A stretch of DNA of 64,000 nt from Candidatus Margulisiibacteriota bacterium (GTDB lineage Bacteria; Margulisbacteria; WOR-1; O2-12-FULL-45-9): NCBI GenBank assembly GCA_034723395.1, contig JAYEOW010000007.1, positions 38,605 through 102,604 of the forward strand, in the 5' to 3' direction. Below the pieces are notes generated by a model. It made no database searches and had not been told where the DNA came from. It worked only from the letters and a program-made list of their open reading frames with translations. The position numbers and the translations under genes are program-made. Positions 30,937-39,888 of the stretch are shown here, piece after piece. Position 1 is the stretch's first letter, and each line of letters opens with the position of its first letter.

Positions 30937-31015
30937 GACGCCGACCGTTATAATTTCGTCACTTTTCCTTCCTAAACCCCCAATAATTAGCTGGTAATAA
31001 AGTTGCTATCTATCA

Positions 31016-31072
31016 TGGTATCGCAATCTGCGATACCAAAGAAAAGGTCAAGCTGGTCGCAAATTGCGACCA
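31016..31072. promoter_or_regulatory. Two TCGCA-N3-TGCGA palindromes upstream of the ORF6N gene
   Basis: TGGTATCGCA-atc-TGCGATACCA (31016-31038); TGGTCGCAA-a-TTGCGACCA (31054-31072). Confidence 0.75.
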
Positions 31073-31090
31073 CCTCAGAGGGGGATAGAT

Positions 31091-31645
31091 ATGAAAAAGG
31101 CGAATTTGGTTGGTATTTCTGAAATTAAGGAGATGATTATTGAGTTTAGGGGGAAAAGGGTGATTCTAGATAGCGATTTAGCAATGCTTTATCAGGTGCC
31201 TACGAAAAGATTGATAGAGCAGGTGAAACGGAATATAGATAGATTTCCGTCTGATTTTATGTTCAAGTTAACTAGAGAAGAATGGGGATTTCTAAGGTCG
31301 CAATTTGCGACCTTTGGCAGAAAGCTCTATCTAAAGAGGTATTTGCCATACGTTTTTACCCGTAATGGCGCAAACATGGTTAGTGCAATTCTTAAATCTT
31401 CGATTGCTGTACAACGTTCTATTCAGATAATACGAGCTTTTACAGCATTAGAAGGGGTGCTAGGAATTGCAAAAGGTAAACTTACTGAAAGTCCAGATGT
31501 ACTAAATAAGCTATCTGTTCATTCGAGGGCGATCATGCAGCTTTTTCAAAAAGATAAGATGAAAAATAAGGAGATTAAAAAAGTTAGGAAAGTATTAAAT
31601 GAAATGATCGACATGCTTAAAAAGAAAGTATTTGAGGAATTATGA
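31091..31645 (+). CDS. ORF6N-domain DNA-binding protein
   Basis: RGKRVILDSDLAMLYQV, VKRNIDRFPSDFMFKLT, LRSQFAT, PYVFTRNG. Confidence 0.9.
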   Translation: MKKANLVGISEIKEMIIEFRGKRVILDSDLAMLYQVPTKRLIEQVKRNIDRFPSDFMFKLTREEWGFLRSQFATFGRKLYLKRYLPYVFTRNGANMVSAILKSSIAVQRSIQIIRAFTALEGVLGIAKGKLTESPDVLNKLSVHSRAIMQLFQKDKMKNKEIKKVRKVLNEMIDMLKKKVFEEL

Positions 31646-32097
31646 ATTATCAATTAATTCCCGCTTCGCGGGATCCCGGAGCATTATTTACATGTAGTAA
31701 CCGGGACAATGATGAAGAAAATCGCAAAAACCAATTTCCAAAGAAGAAATATGATCTTGAGGAACGAACTGCTCTGTTTGGTAGGAGAATCGTTCATTTT
31801 TCTAAGAAAATAAAGGAAACGTGGATAACCAGGTCTTTGATAAGCCAGTTAGTACGCGCCGGAACGAGCGTTGGGGCGAATTATTGTGAGGCGGATGATG
31901 CCCATTCAAAAAAGGATTTCATTCACAAAATAGGTTTATGTCGAAAAGAATCGAGGGAAACAAAACATTGGATAAAAATGATATTAGCAGCATGCCCTTC
32001 TCTGGGTGACGAGGCCCAATCTTTGTGGAAAGAAGCTCAGGAATTAAATTTAATATTCTCATCGATTATAAATAAAATAAGGAGTAAAACAAATTGA
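31642..32097 (+). CDS. Four-helix-bundle protein (23S rRNA IVP/bAvd-like)
   Basis: DLEERT, QLVRAGTSVGANYCEA, SKKDFIHK, KESRETKHW. Confidence 0.92.
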   Translation: MNYQLIPASRDPGALFTCSNRDNDEENRKNQFPKKKYDLEERTALFGRRIVHFSKKIKETWITRSLISQLVRAGTSVGANYCEADDAHSKKDFIHKIGLCRKESRETKHWIKMILAACPSLGDEAQSLWKEAQELNLIFSSIINKIRSKTN

Positions 32098-33155
32098 AAA
32101 TTGGTCATTTGAAGATGTTCATTTTTTCCTCATTCTGGTTTCTTAATTCATCATTTAAGAAGAAAAATGTTGAAAAGCGTGAGATCTCTCGCTTCTGCGG
32201 CCAGTTAAAAATGCTCCTATCCTCCGGCGTTCCTTTGTTACAGTCATTATCGATCGTTAGCAATATATTAAAGGGTAAGCAGTATGAAGAAATTATCCAG
32301 CGAATAACAGATGGTGAATCTTTGGCGGCGGCGATGAAGGAATCCTTTCCTCCAATGGTGGCGAGCTCGATCGAAGGAGCGGAAAGAGTAGGGAATCTGG
32401 AGGAAGTTTTGGGACGACTTACTAAATATTATGAAGACCGTGCGGAGAATGAAGATAAGATAAAAAGTTCGCTGATGTATCCGGCATTTGTAATATTGTT
32501 ATGTTTTCTTTCGCTAATTGTTCTATTTACCTTTGTCCTTCCCGGATTCAAAGGGATGTTTGCCGATCTTCAGATCGAACTCCCACTTTTTACTCGAATT
32601 ATTATTGGAACAGGGGATTTGTTTTCTTCGGCCTGGAAATCATTATTAATGGCCTTAATTTTATTCTTAGTTTTTGTTCTAAAATATAAAAAAACGGGTA
32701 AAATCGATGTTTGGTTGTTAAAGATAAACTTTATTTCTAAAGATCAGATTATCAATTCCTTTAGAATGCTTGGTTCGCTCCTGAACGGAGGGATATCTAT
32801 TCTCGATGCATTAAAGACAACTACGAATTCGATTAGAAATCGAGCTTTTAAACAAATTATTATAGATATTCAAGACGACGTAGAAAATGGGGAAAAAGTT
32901 AGCCAATCATTATTAAAAAATAATATTTTCCCTCAAGAAACGGTACAGATGATCGCGGTGGGGGAGAGCTCGGGTAAGCTAGGCGAGATGCTGCTAAATA
33001 TTTCGTCGTTTTACGAAAAGGAACGGGAACTGTTCATTAAGCGATTTACTTCGATGCTCGAGCCCGCGTTAACATTGTTTGTCGGTATTATTGTTGGCGT
33101 GATTGCTATTTCAATGTTTTTACCAATGATAAATATGATATCTAATCTTCAGTAG
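32094..33155 (+). CDS. Second PilC/GspF-family protein (short N-terminus, start uncertain)
   Basis: FCGQL..LLSSGVPL, YPAFV, LPLFT, VGESSGKL, MLEP. Confidence 0.88.
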   Translation: MKIGHLKMFIFSSFWFLNSSFKKKNVEKREISRFCGQLKMLLSSGVPLLQSLSIVSNILKGKQYEEIIQRITDGESLAAAMKESFPPMVASSIEGAERVGNLEEVLGRLTKYYEDRAENEDKIKSSLMYPAFVILLCFLSLIVLFTFVLPGFKGMFADLQIELPLFTRIIIGTGDLFSSAWKSLLMALILFLVFVLKYKKTGKIDVWLLKINFISKDQIINSFRMLGSLLNGGISILDALKTTTNSIRNRAFKQIIIDIQDDVENGEKVSQSLLKNNIFPQETVQMIAVGESSGKLGEMLLNISSFYEKERELFIKRFTSMLEPALTLFVGIIVGVIAISMFLPMINMISNLQ

Positions 33156-33177
33156 TGTTATAATAAAGGAGGTGAAT

Positions 33178-33594
33178 ATGATGATTAAAAGAAAAGGTTT
33201 TACTTTGATGGAGCTCCTGATTGTAATCGGGATTATCGGTCTTTTGGCCGTATTCCTGGTTCCAAACTTTCTCGGAGCGAAAGATCGTGCAAAGGAAGCT
33301 TCGGTAAAAGGGGTAATGCATTCGGTTCAGCTTGCCCTCGAAGCTTATGAAATGGAAAATCTGATTTATCCGTTAGATAATAATCTTCCTTTAGAAAGTT
33401 TGAGTAAAAACTATCTGATGCCGGGAGGTTATATCGCTTCGGTGCCGAAAAACCCATTTACCGGAGCTGAGTATAAGGACGCGGATGTCGCGGGTAAGGT
33501 AATTTATGATTTTAACCAGTTAAATAACAGGTACACATTAATTGGATTTAACCGCGCGGGGACAAAGAAGATACAAGAGCTGACCAATCTATGA
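33178..33594 (+). CDS. Type IV pilin/pseudopilin (GspG-like)
   Basis: KG|FTLMELLIVIGIIGLLA; SD AGGAGG. Confidence 0.88.
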   Translation: MMIKRKGFTLMELLIVIGIIGLLAVFLVPNFLGAKDRAKEASVKGVMHSVQLALEAYEMENLIYPLDNNLPLESLSKNYLMPGGYIASVPKNPFTGAEYKDADVAGKVIYDFNQLNNRYTLIGFNRAGTKKIQELTNL

Positions 33595-35171
33595 TCTTAA
33601 AACGGCTTGCCGCATTGATCGTTCTGGTTCTGTTGTTAGCCGGGTGTTCCGGTCCATCGAATGATAATAAAGCCAAGCCGATCCGGCTGCCGAAAAGATC
33701 TCAAGCCGACACCAATGGTAAATTAGTATTCAGCCTGGGTGGAGAGGTTTCTGTCTTGAATCCGATCCTCTCGACCGACACCTCTTCATCTGCGGTTGAA
33801 GGTTCGATATTTACCGGAATGACTAAGATTAATAAGCATCTGGAAGTTATTCCTGACTTAGCAAAGTCGTGGAAGGTATCAAAAGATGGTAAAGTTTGGA
33901 CCTTTAAACTTCGCAAAGATGTAAAATGGCACGACGGTTGTCCTTTTACCGCTCACGACGTAGTATTTACCTTTAATTCGATTCTTAATCCCAAAGTAAA
34001 TTCGGTCCGCCGGAGCGATTTTATAATCGACGGCGAGCCGATCAGGTTTAAAGCGTTGGATAACCATACGGTTCAGGCGATTTTGCCTAAACCGTTTGCC
34101 CCGTTCCTGGTTCGGTCAGGGATGAGCATCATCCCAAAGCATATTCTTTCCGGGACCGATATTAACACGGTAGAGTTCAACCGGAAGCCGATTGGTACCG
34201 GCCCGTTCAAGTTTAAAGAGTGGGTGACCGGCGACCATGTTTCGGTCGTCCGCAATCCCGATTATTATCTGGGAAAACCGCTGTTAGCGGGGATCATATA
34301 TAAGGTTATCCCGGATGCCAACACGCAGCTAGTGGCATTAGAAGCAGGGGAGATCGATGAATCGGGTATCCCGCCAAAGGATTACAAACGGATGAGGGCG
34401 ACTGAGGGGATAAACGTTTTTGAATTTGATTCGATGGTCTACACCTATCTAGGATTTAATTTGGCCAACCCAAAGTTTAAGGATAAAAGGGTAAGACAAG
34501 CATTAGCTTACGCTACAAATAAAAAACAGCTGGTCAGTCTATTATTTAAAGGGCTTGCTTCTCCTGCCTACGCGCCTTCAGCGCCGATCTCCTGGGCGTA
34601 TTCGGATAAGGTCGCGAAATTTAATTACGATCCCGCGAAAGCGAAGAGGCTTTTAAAAGAGGCGGGGGTAAACGATCTCGAATTCACGATCTTGGTCAAC
34701 CAGGGGAATAAAGAACGCGAGAAGGCGGCAGTGATTCTCCAGCAGCAGTTTAAAAAGGTCGGAGTAAAGGTTAAGGTCCGTGTCCTGGAATGGTCAGCCC
34801 TGCTTAAGGTCGTAAACGCGCCCAAGGGGCCGAAAGATTTTGACGCGGTGATCATGGGTTGGTCGCTCGGCCTTGATCCTGACGCGTATTCGATCTGGCA
34901 TTCGTCCCAATATCCGAAGGGATTTAATTTTATCGACTATAATAATTCTGTAGCGGATAAACTTCTCGAAGAGGGCCGGACGACGATGAGAAAGAGCAAG
35001 CGAAAAAAGATCTACGCTAAACTATGGGAAACAATCGCCGAAGATCAACCATATATATTTCTCTGGTACCCGAAAGCGATTTCCGGGGTGAGGGAGCGGG
35101 TAGGTGGGCTTTCTGAACCAGGGCCAGCGGGACTCTTTTTAAATATTGAGAAAGTGTTTGTGACTAAATAG
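33591..35171 (+). CDS. Peptide ABC transporter substrate-binding lipoprotein (OppA/AppA family)
   Basis: Lipobox LAGC; PDLAKSW, FTAHDVVFT, PIGTGPF. Confidence 0.93.
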   Translation: MILKRLAALIVLVLLLAGCSGPSNDNKAKPIRLPKRSQADTNGKLVFSLGGEVSVLNPILSTDTSSSAVEGSIFTGMTKINKHLEVIPDLAKSWKVSKDGKVWTFKLRKDVKWHDGCPFTAHDVVFTFNSILNPKVNSVRRSDFIIDGEPIRFKALDNHTVQAILPKPFAPFLVRSGMSIIPKHILSGTDINTVEFNRKPIGTGPFKFKEWVTGDHVSVVRNPDYYLGKPLLAGIIYKVIPDANTQLVALEAGEIDESGIPPKDYKRMRATEGINVFEFDSMVYTYLGFNLANPKFKDKRVRQALAYATNKKQLVSLLFKGLASPAYAPSAPISWAYSDKVAKFNYDPAKAKRLLKEAGVNDLEFTILVNQGNKEREKAAVILQQQFKKVGVKVKVRVLEWSALLKVVNAPKGPKDFDAVIMGWSLGLDPDAYSIWHSSQYPKGFNFIDYNNSVADKLLEEGRTTMRKSKRKKIYAKLWETIAEDQPYIFLWYPKAISGVRERVGGLSEPGPAGLFLNIEKVFVTK

Positions 35172-35436
35172 ATTTGTTTGATTTAATTTTCTGCCAGATG
35201 TCCTGGACGCCGATTTTTATCGCCCATTTATCAATATAGCATAAGTCCATGATCGATTTTGATATTTTTAACATCCCTTTTATATCTTCAATATGTTTTT
35301 CTGATACATCCATATCCAGGGTGAGGCGAGGTTCTCCGTAAGCAATCGCTGCTACTGATCCACCGATCATATAGGGGATTTTTGATCTTTCGAGGATATC
35401 TAAAACATGACCGAAGACATCCTGCTCGGAAGTTAT
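35164..35436 (-). pseudogene. Degraded nucleotidyltransferase (putative toxin)
   Basis: IPYMIGGSVAAIAYGEPRLTLDMD joined directly to SEKHIEDI (centre appears missing); expected start reads ATA. Confidence 0.7.
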
Positions 35437-35625
35437 CGGCTGTAAAATCTCTTTTGAACTAATTTACTCAGCTCAGCAGCTGAAATGTTGGGGTTTTGGC
35501 GCTTCACTCCGGCGACTCTGCTGCGGGCAAAATCATATAGTTCGAATGCGGATCTTAGTTTGTTGGCTATGGGTATTTTTTTGAAGGATATCAACGTACT
35601 TATTGTCATCTTCCTTTTGAAGCAT
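35433..35625 (-). pseudogene. Small partner gene (putative antitoxin), probably frameshifted
   Basis: ATG 35625 gives MLQKEDDNKYVDIL; another frame continues KKIPIANKLRSAFELYDFAR...RQNPNISAAEL to TAA 35433. Confidence 0.55.
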
Positions 35626-35665
35626 GTTTATATTATATCATATAATATAGTGTTATAATATTTGG

Positions 35666-36634
35666 GTGAGAAAGTTCATTGTTCGAAGGTTATTCCAACT
35701 AATTCCACTCTTAATCGGAGTATCTCTAATCTCTTTCTTCGTCATGCATCTGGCTCCCGGCGATCCGACCGCGTTATTTACCGATCCAAACATTGATCCG
35801 TCAGATCTGGCAAGGATCCGCGCTAACTGGGGATTAGACAAGCCGATCATTGTCCAATATTTCTACTGGCTGGGGAATGCGGTGCGTGGGGATTTTGGAA
35901 CGAGCTATACAACTGGCCGGCCGGTGATTTCTGAGGTTCTAGAACGTCTTCCAGCAACTCTTCTCTTGATGATCCCGTCATTTATAATTACTTTTATGAT
36001 CACTATTCCTCTCGGAGTGATCTCAGCCGTTAAAAAGGGTGGGTGGTTTGATAATTTTGTTACTGTTCTATCATTTGCCGGGATGGCGACCCCATCTTTT
36101 TGGCTTGGCTTGATGCTGATGCTTCTTTTTGCCGTCCATCTCGATTGGCTCCCCGCCGTCGGGATGTATGATCCTTTGTTAAAAGGTGGATGGGTAGCAA
36201 GGTGGTTAGATGTAGGGAGGCATATGATCCTTCCTCTAACCACGATGACCATTCTAAGTTTAGCGGGAATAACCAGATATCAGAGGGCCTCGATGCTGGA
36301 AGTTTTAAACCAGGATTACATTCGAACCGCTCGGGCGAAGGGATTGCCGGAGCGAATTGTGATCTATAAGCATGCGTTAAGGAATTCCTTGATCCCCATC
36401 GTGACGATTCTAGGGCTTTCACTCCCCGGGCTCTTTGGCGGCGCTTTTATTATCGAAACGATTTTTGCCTGGCCGGGGATGGGGAGGCTGGGGGTGATGG
36501 CGGTCTTCCAGCGGAACTATCCGCTGATCATGGGGATAGTTATTTTGTCTGCTATGCTGATCATGTTGGGGAATCTTTTTGCTGATCTGGGATACGCGTT
36601 GGTTGATCCGAGGATTAGATATGGCAAAAAATAA
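35666..36634 (+). CDS. Peptide ABC permease (OppB/DppB family)
   Basis: LAPGDP, RLPATL, QDYIRTARAKGL, ETIFAWPGMG, DPRIR. Confidence 0.95.
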   Translation: MRKFIVRRLFQLIPLLIGVSLISFFVMHLAPGDPTALFTDPNIDPSDLARIRANWGLDKPIIVQYFYWLGNAVRGDFGTSYTTGRPVISEVLERLPATLLLMIPSFIITFMITIPLGVISAVKKGGWFDNFVTVLSFAGMATPSFWLGLMLMLLFAVHLDWLPAVGMYDPLLKGGWVARWLDVGRHMILPLTTMTILSLAGITRYQRASMLEVLNQDYIRTARAKGLPERIVIYKHALRNSLIPIVTILGLSLPGLFGGAFIIETIFAWPGMGRLGVMAVFQRNYPLIMGIVILSAMLIMLGNLFADLGYALVDPRIRYGKK

Positions 36635-36774
36635 CCTCACCCCGTCCCTCGACTCGCTCCGCTCGCTCGGGACACCCCTCTCCATCGGAGATGGAGAGGG
36701 GAATGAATTGCGCCGGTTTATCCTCCGAAGCACGAAGTGCGAAGGAGGAAGGCGCAAGAAAGGGGTGAGGTTAT
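36631..36774. repeat. Composite REP/MITE-like element between the two peptide permease genes
   Basis: 13-bp IR ATAACCTCACCCC/GGGGTGAGGTTAT enclosing three sub-hairpins. Confidence 0.85.
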
Positions 36775-37573
36775 GAGAAGAAATAAGCTCGCTATTTTCG
36801 GTCTGATTGTCCTCTCCTTCTTTATCTTTGTCGCGATCTTTGCGCCGGTGATTGCACCGTATGATCCGGAAGAGATTGTGGAAATCGAACCTCTACCACC
36901 AAGCTTTAAACATTTCTTTGGGACTGATGATCTAGGCCGGGACCTCTTTAGCCGGGCGATCTATGGAGCAAGGATTTCTTTAACCGTCGGGATAGTTGCC
37001 GTAACAATCTCGATCTTGATCGGAACTTTACTCGGAGCGACTGCCGGTTATTTTGGCGGTCTGATCGATGGATTTATTATGCGCTTTGTCGATGTTATGC
37101 TATCTTTCCCTTCGATCTTTTTGATCTTAGCGATCCAGGCGATGTTAACGCCAAATATTTATAACGTGATGATCGTGATCGGGATAACTTCGTGGATGGG
37201 GGTGGCGCGATTAGTTCGCGGAGAGTATTTGAAAATTCGCGAACTCCAATATGTCGAAGCAGCGAAAGCGATCGGCTGTTCAAATTCGAGAATAATCTTC
37301 CGCCATATGCTTCCCAATGCACAAGCCCCGATTATTGTAGCGGCGACTTTAGGGATGGCGGGGGCGATCCTAACAGAGTCGGCATTATCATTCCTGGGGA
37401 TGGGGGTGCAGCCGCCAATGCCATCGTGGGGGAATATGCTGATGGATGCGCAAGCGTATATGCGAGATGCCCCCTGGATGGCAGTTATTCCCGGGCTCCT
37501 GATTTTAGTAACTGTCCTTTCGCTCTATTTTGTGGGAGAGGGATTGAGACAGGCGTTGAATCCTCGACAATGA
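36773..37573 (+). CDS. Peptide ABC permease (OppC/DppC family)
   Basis: FGTDDLGRD, GARISL, YVEAAKAIG, LSFLGMG, PSWG. Confidence 0.95.
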   Translation: MRRNKLAIFGLIVLSFFIFVAIFAPVIAPYDPEEIVEIEPLPPSFKHFFGTDDLGRDLFSRAIYGARISLTVGIVAVTISILIGTLLGATAGYFGGLIDGFIMRFVDVMLSFPSIFLILAIQAMLTPNIYNVMIVIGITSWMGVARLVRGEYLKIRELQYVEAAKAIGCSNSRIIFRHMLPNAQAPIIVAATLGMAGAILTESALSFLGMGVQPPMPSWGNMLMDAQAYMRDAPWMAVIPGLLILVTVLSLYFVGEGLRQALNPRQ

Positions 37574-38349
37574 AAGTAAATAATCTGACCACGATATATA
37601 AGGCCGATGAGGGGATCGTTAAAGCGGTCGATGATGTAAGCTTTGAGTTGGCTAAGGGAGAAGTGTTGGGCATCCTTGGTGAATCAGGATCAGGGAAGTC
37701 GACCATTGCCCATTCGATTATGCGGCTGATTTATCCGCCGGGGGAAATCGTTTCGGGCGAGATTATATTTGATAACAAGGAGCTTCTGAAACTTTCCGAA
37801 GCAGAGATGGTCAAGATACGCGGGGCAAAGATATCGATGATTTTCCAAGACCCTTTTACTTCGCTTAATCCGGTATATACGATCGGCGACCAGATCGCCG
37901 AGGCGATCTCGCTCCATCAAGGCTTAAATAGAAAGGATGCCTTTAGTAAAGCGGTCCAGATGTTAGAAACAGTGCATATTAAAGATCCGGAGAAAAGGGC
38001 CCATGATTACCCCCACCAGTTCTCGGGGGGGATGCGCCAGCGGGCGATGATCGCCATGGCTCTCGCTTGCCGGCCGGAGATATTGATAGCCGATGAGCCG
38101 ACCACCGCGCTGGACGTAACGATCCAGGCCGAGATATTAAAGCTGATCAAAGAGATCCAGGAGAAATTTAAACTTTCGGTATTGTACATTACCCATAATT
38201 TTGGGATAATCAAAGCGATCTGCCAAAAAGTGATGGTTCTTTATAAAGGAAAAGTGGTTGAAAGCGGGGATGTGGGTGTGGTATTATCCGCACAAAGAGA
38301 TCCTTATACTAAGAGACTGATCGAATGTCTTGAGGTATTAAAAAAATAA
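37570..38349 (+). CDS. Peptide ABC ATPase (OppD/DppD family)
   Basis: [34 protein letters not shown]. Confidence 0.95.
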   Translation: MKVNNLTTIYKADEGIVKAVDDVSFELAKGEVLGILGESGSGKSTIAHSIMRLIYPPGEIVSGEIIFDNKELLKLSEAEMVKIRGAKISMIFQDPFTSLNPVYTIGDQIAEAISLHQGLNRKDAFSKAVQMLETVHIKDPEKRAHDYPHQFSGGMRQRAMIAMALACRPEILIADEPTTALDVTIQAEILKLIKEIQEKFKLSVLYITHNFGIIKAICQKVMVLYKGKVVESGDVGVVLSAQRDPYTKRLIECLEVLKK

Positions 38350-38363
38350 AAGGAGTTGAGAAG

Positions 38364-38465
38364 ATGAGATTGACAGATAAACTGCCGAAAGCTTTGGATG
38401 TTGTAGCGGATATCTGTTTGATAATAATGACCGTTTTATTGGTTGTTATTATGTACCGGATCTAG
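38364..38465 (+). CDS. Putative 33-aa single-pass membrane protein
   Basis: SD AGGAG; MRLTDKLPKALDVVADICLIIMTVLLVVIMYRI; below the ORF-track cutoff. Confidence 0.55.
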   Translation: MRLTDKLPKALDVVADICLIIMTVLLVVIMYRI

Positions 38466-38466
38466 T

Positions 38467-39819
38467 TTAGTTTCCAAGTTTCATCCCGAGAGCTTTCATG
38501 CGCGAGATCAGAGAAGTTCTCGCTGTATTAAAGGCTTTAGCTGCTTGGCTGATGTTCATGCCGTGTTCAGCTAAAGCCTTTTTTATTTTATCTTTTTCAA
38601 AATGTTCGACCATCTCTTTTAAATTACCGGCAGGAGGGGTATCGCAACTGTTGATGATCGGGAGTTCGTTCCTTTCGACCGTCCCGCTGCTGGAGAGTAC
38701 CACTACCCGCTCGATCATGTTCTGGAATTCGCGGACATTTCCCTGCCAATCATGATTCATCAAGACCCGCATCGCCTCCGGGCTGAAGCCTTTTACCTTT
38801 TTGTTCAGTTGCTTATTGAATTTATCCAGAAAGTATTCGGCAAAAAGAGGGATATCCGCGCTTCTCTCCCTGAGCGGAGTAAGCGTGATCGGGATCACAT
38901 TCAAGCGGTAGTATAGATCATGCCGGAATTTACCTTCATCAATATATTTTTGAAAATCGATGTTGGTGGCGGAGATAATGCGCACATTTACCGAGATCCC
39001 TTTTTCACCGCCGACCCGTTCGATTACCCGGTCTTCGAGCACCCGTAAGAGTTTTGACTGCATTGCCGCCGGCATACAGCCAATTTCATCCAGGAAAAGC
39101 GTCCCCTGGTCGGCCAGCTCAAATTTGCCGAGTTTTCTTTCCAGCGCCCCGGTAAATGACCCCCGCTCATGGCCAAAGAGCTCTGATTCCAAAAGATTCT
39201 CGGGGATAGCGGCGCAGTTTACAATTACAAAGGGTTTTTTAGAGCGTTTACTTTTCTTGTGGAGGGCACGGGCTACCAGTTCCTTGCCGCTTCCCGACTC
39301 GCCTTTGATCAAAACCGTGCTGTCGGTTGGAGCAACTTTTTCTAAAGTTTCGTATAATTTTTTCATCGGAGGAGTTTTCCCGATCAGATCGAAATATGAG
39401 GTGATCTCTTTCAGGGATTCACGCAAATAGAGGTTCTCGCGGACAAGGGCCCTTTTTTCCAACCCCTTTTCGATCAATGCCTGAAGCTCTTTTACGTCGA
39501 ACGGTTTGGTTACATATTCGAGCGCGCCGAGTTTCATCGCCTTGACCGCTGAGGCAACGTCTTTTGAGGCAGAGACCATAATAACTTCCAGGTCAGGGTC
39601 TTGTGTTTTGATCCTTTGTAAAATTTCGATCCCGTCTTCACCCGGCATACGGATATCCAGCAATACTAAAGCGGGGGAATTTTCCTGGATCAGTTTTAAT
39701 CCTTCTTTCCCTGAAGAGGCAGCCAGCACATTATATTGTTTTTTGAGGACCGACTGGTAGGTCGCGAGCATGTCGGACTCGTCGTCAATTGCGAGGACAA
39801 TAGGCTTTAACTCTCCCAT
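38467..39819 (-). CDS. NtrC-family sigma54-dependent response regulator
   Basis: REC; GESGSGKE, ESELFGHERGSFTGA, DLYYRLNV; Fis-type HTH. Confidence 0.95.
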   Translation of the reverse strand: MGELKPIVLAIDDESDMLATYQSVLKKQYNVLAASSGKEGLKLIQENSPALVLLDIRMPGEDGIEILQRIKTQDPDLEVIMVSASKDVASAVKAMKLGALEYVTKPFDVKELQALIEKGLEKRALVRENLYLRESLKEITSYFDLIGKTPPMKKLYETLEKVAPTDSTVLIKGESGSGKELVARALHKKSKRSKKPFVIVNCAAIPENLLESELFGHERGSFTGALERKLGKFELADQGTLFLDEIGCMPAAMQSKLLRVLEDRVIERVGGEKGISVNVRIISATNIDFQKYIDEGKFRHDLYYRLNVIPITLTPLRERSADIPLFAEYFLDKFNKQLNKKVKGFSPEAMRVLMNHDWQGNVREFQNMIERVVVLSSSGTVERNELPIINSCDTPPAGNLKEMVEHFEKDKIKKALAEHGMNISQAAKAFNTARTSLISRMKALGMKLGN

Positions 39820-39888
39820 GATTTTGCAGTTTAACAGGGGTTTGAATGGTTGTCAAACCGGGGGAGAGAGTGCTAGAATCTAACCCAT

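Noticed and set aside
30940..30957. 14/18 match to 57894-57911 (GC.GACCGT.A.A.TTTC) after gene ends
   Set aside because: Only two short imperfect copies and no structure.
37192..37569. Long N-terminal extensions in the ORF track (also 5179, 7090, 13769, 17804, 52374, 52993)
   Set aside because: They overlap upstream genes or repeats; better-supported downstream starts exist.
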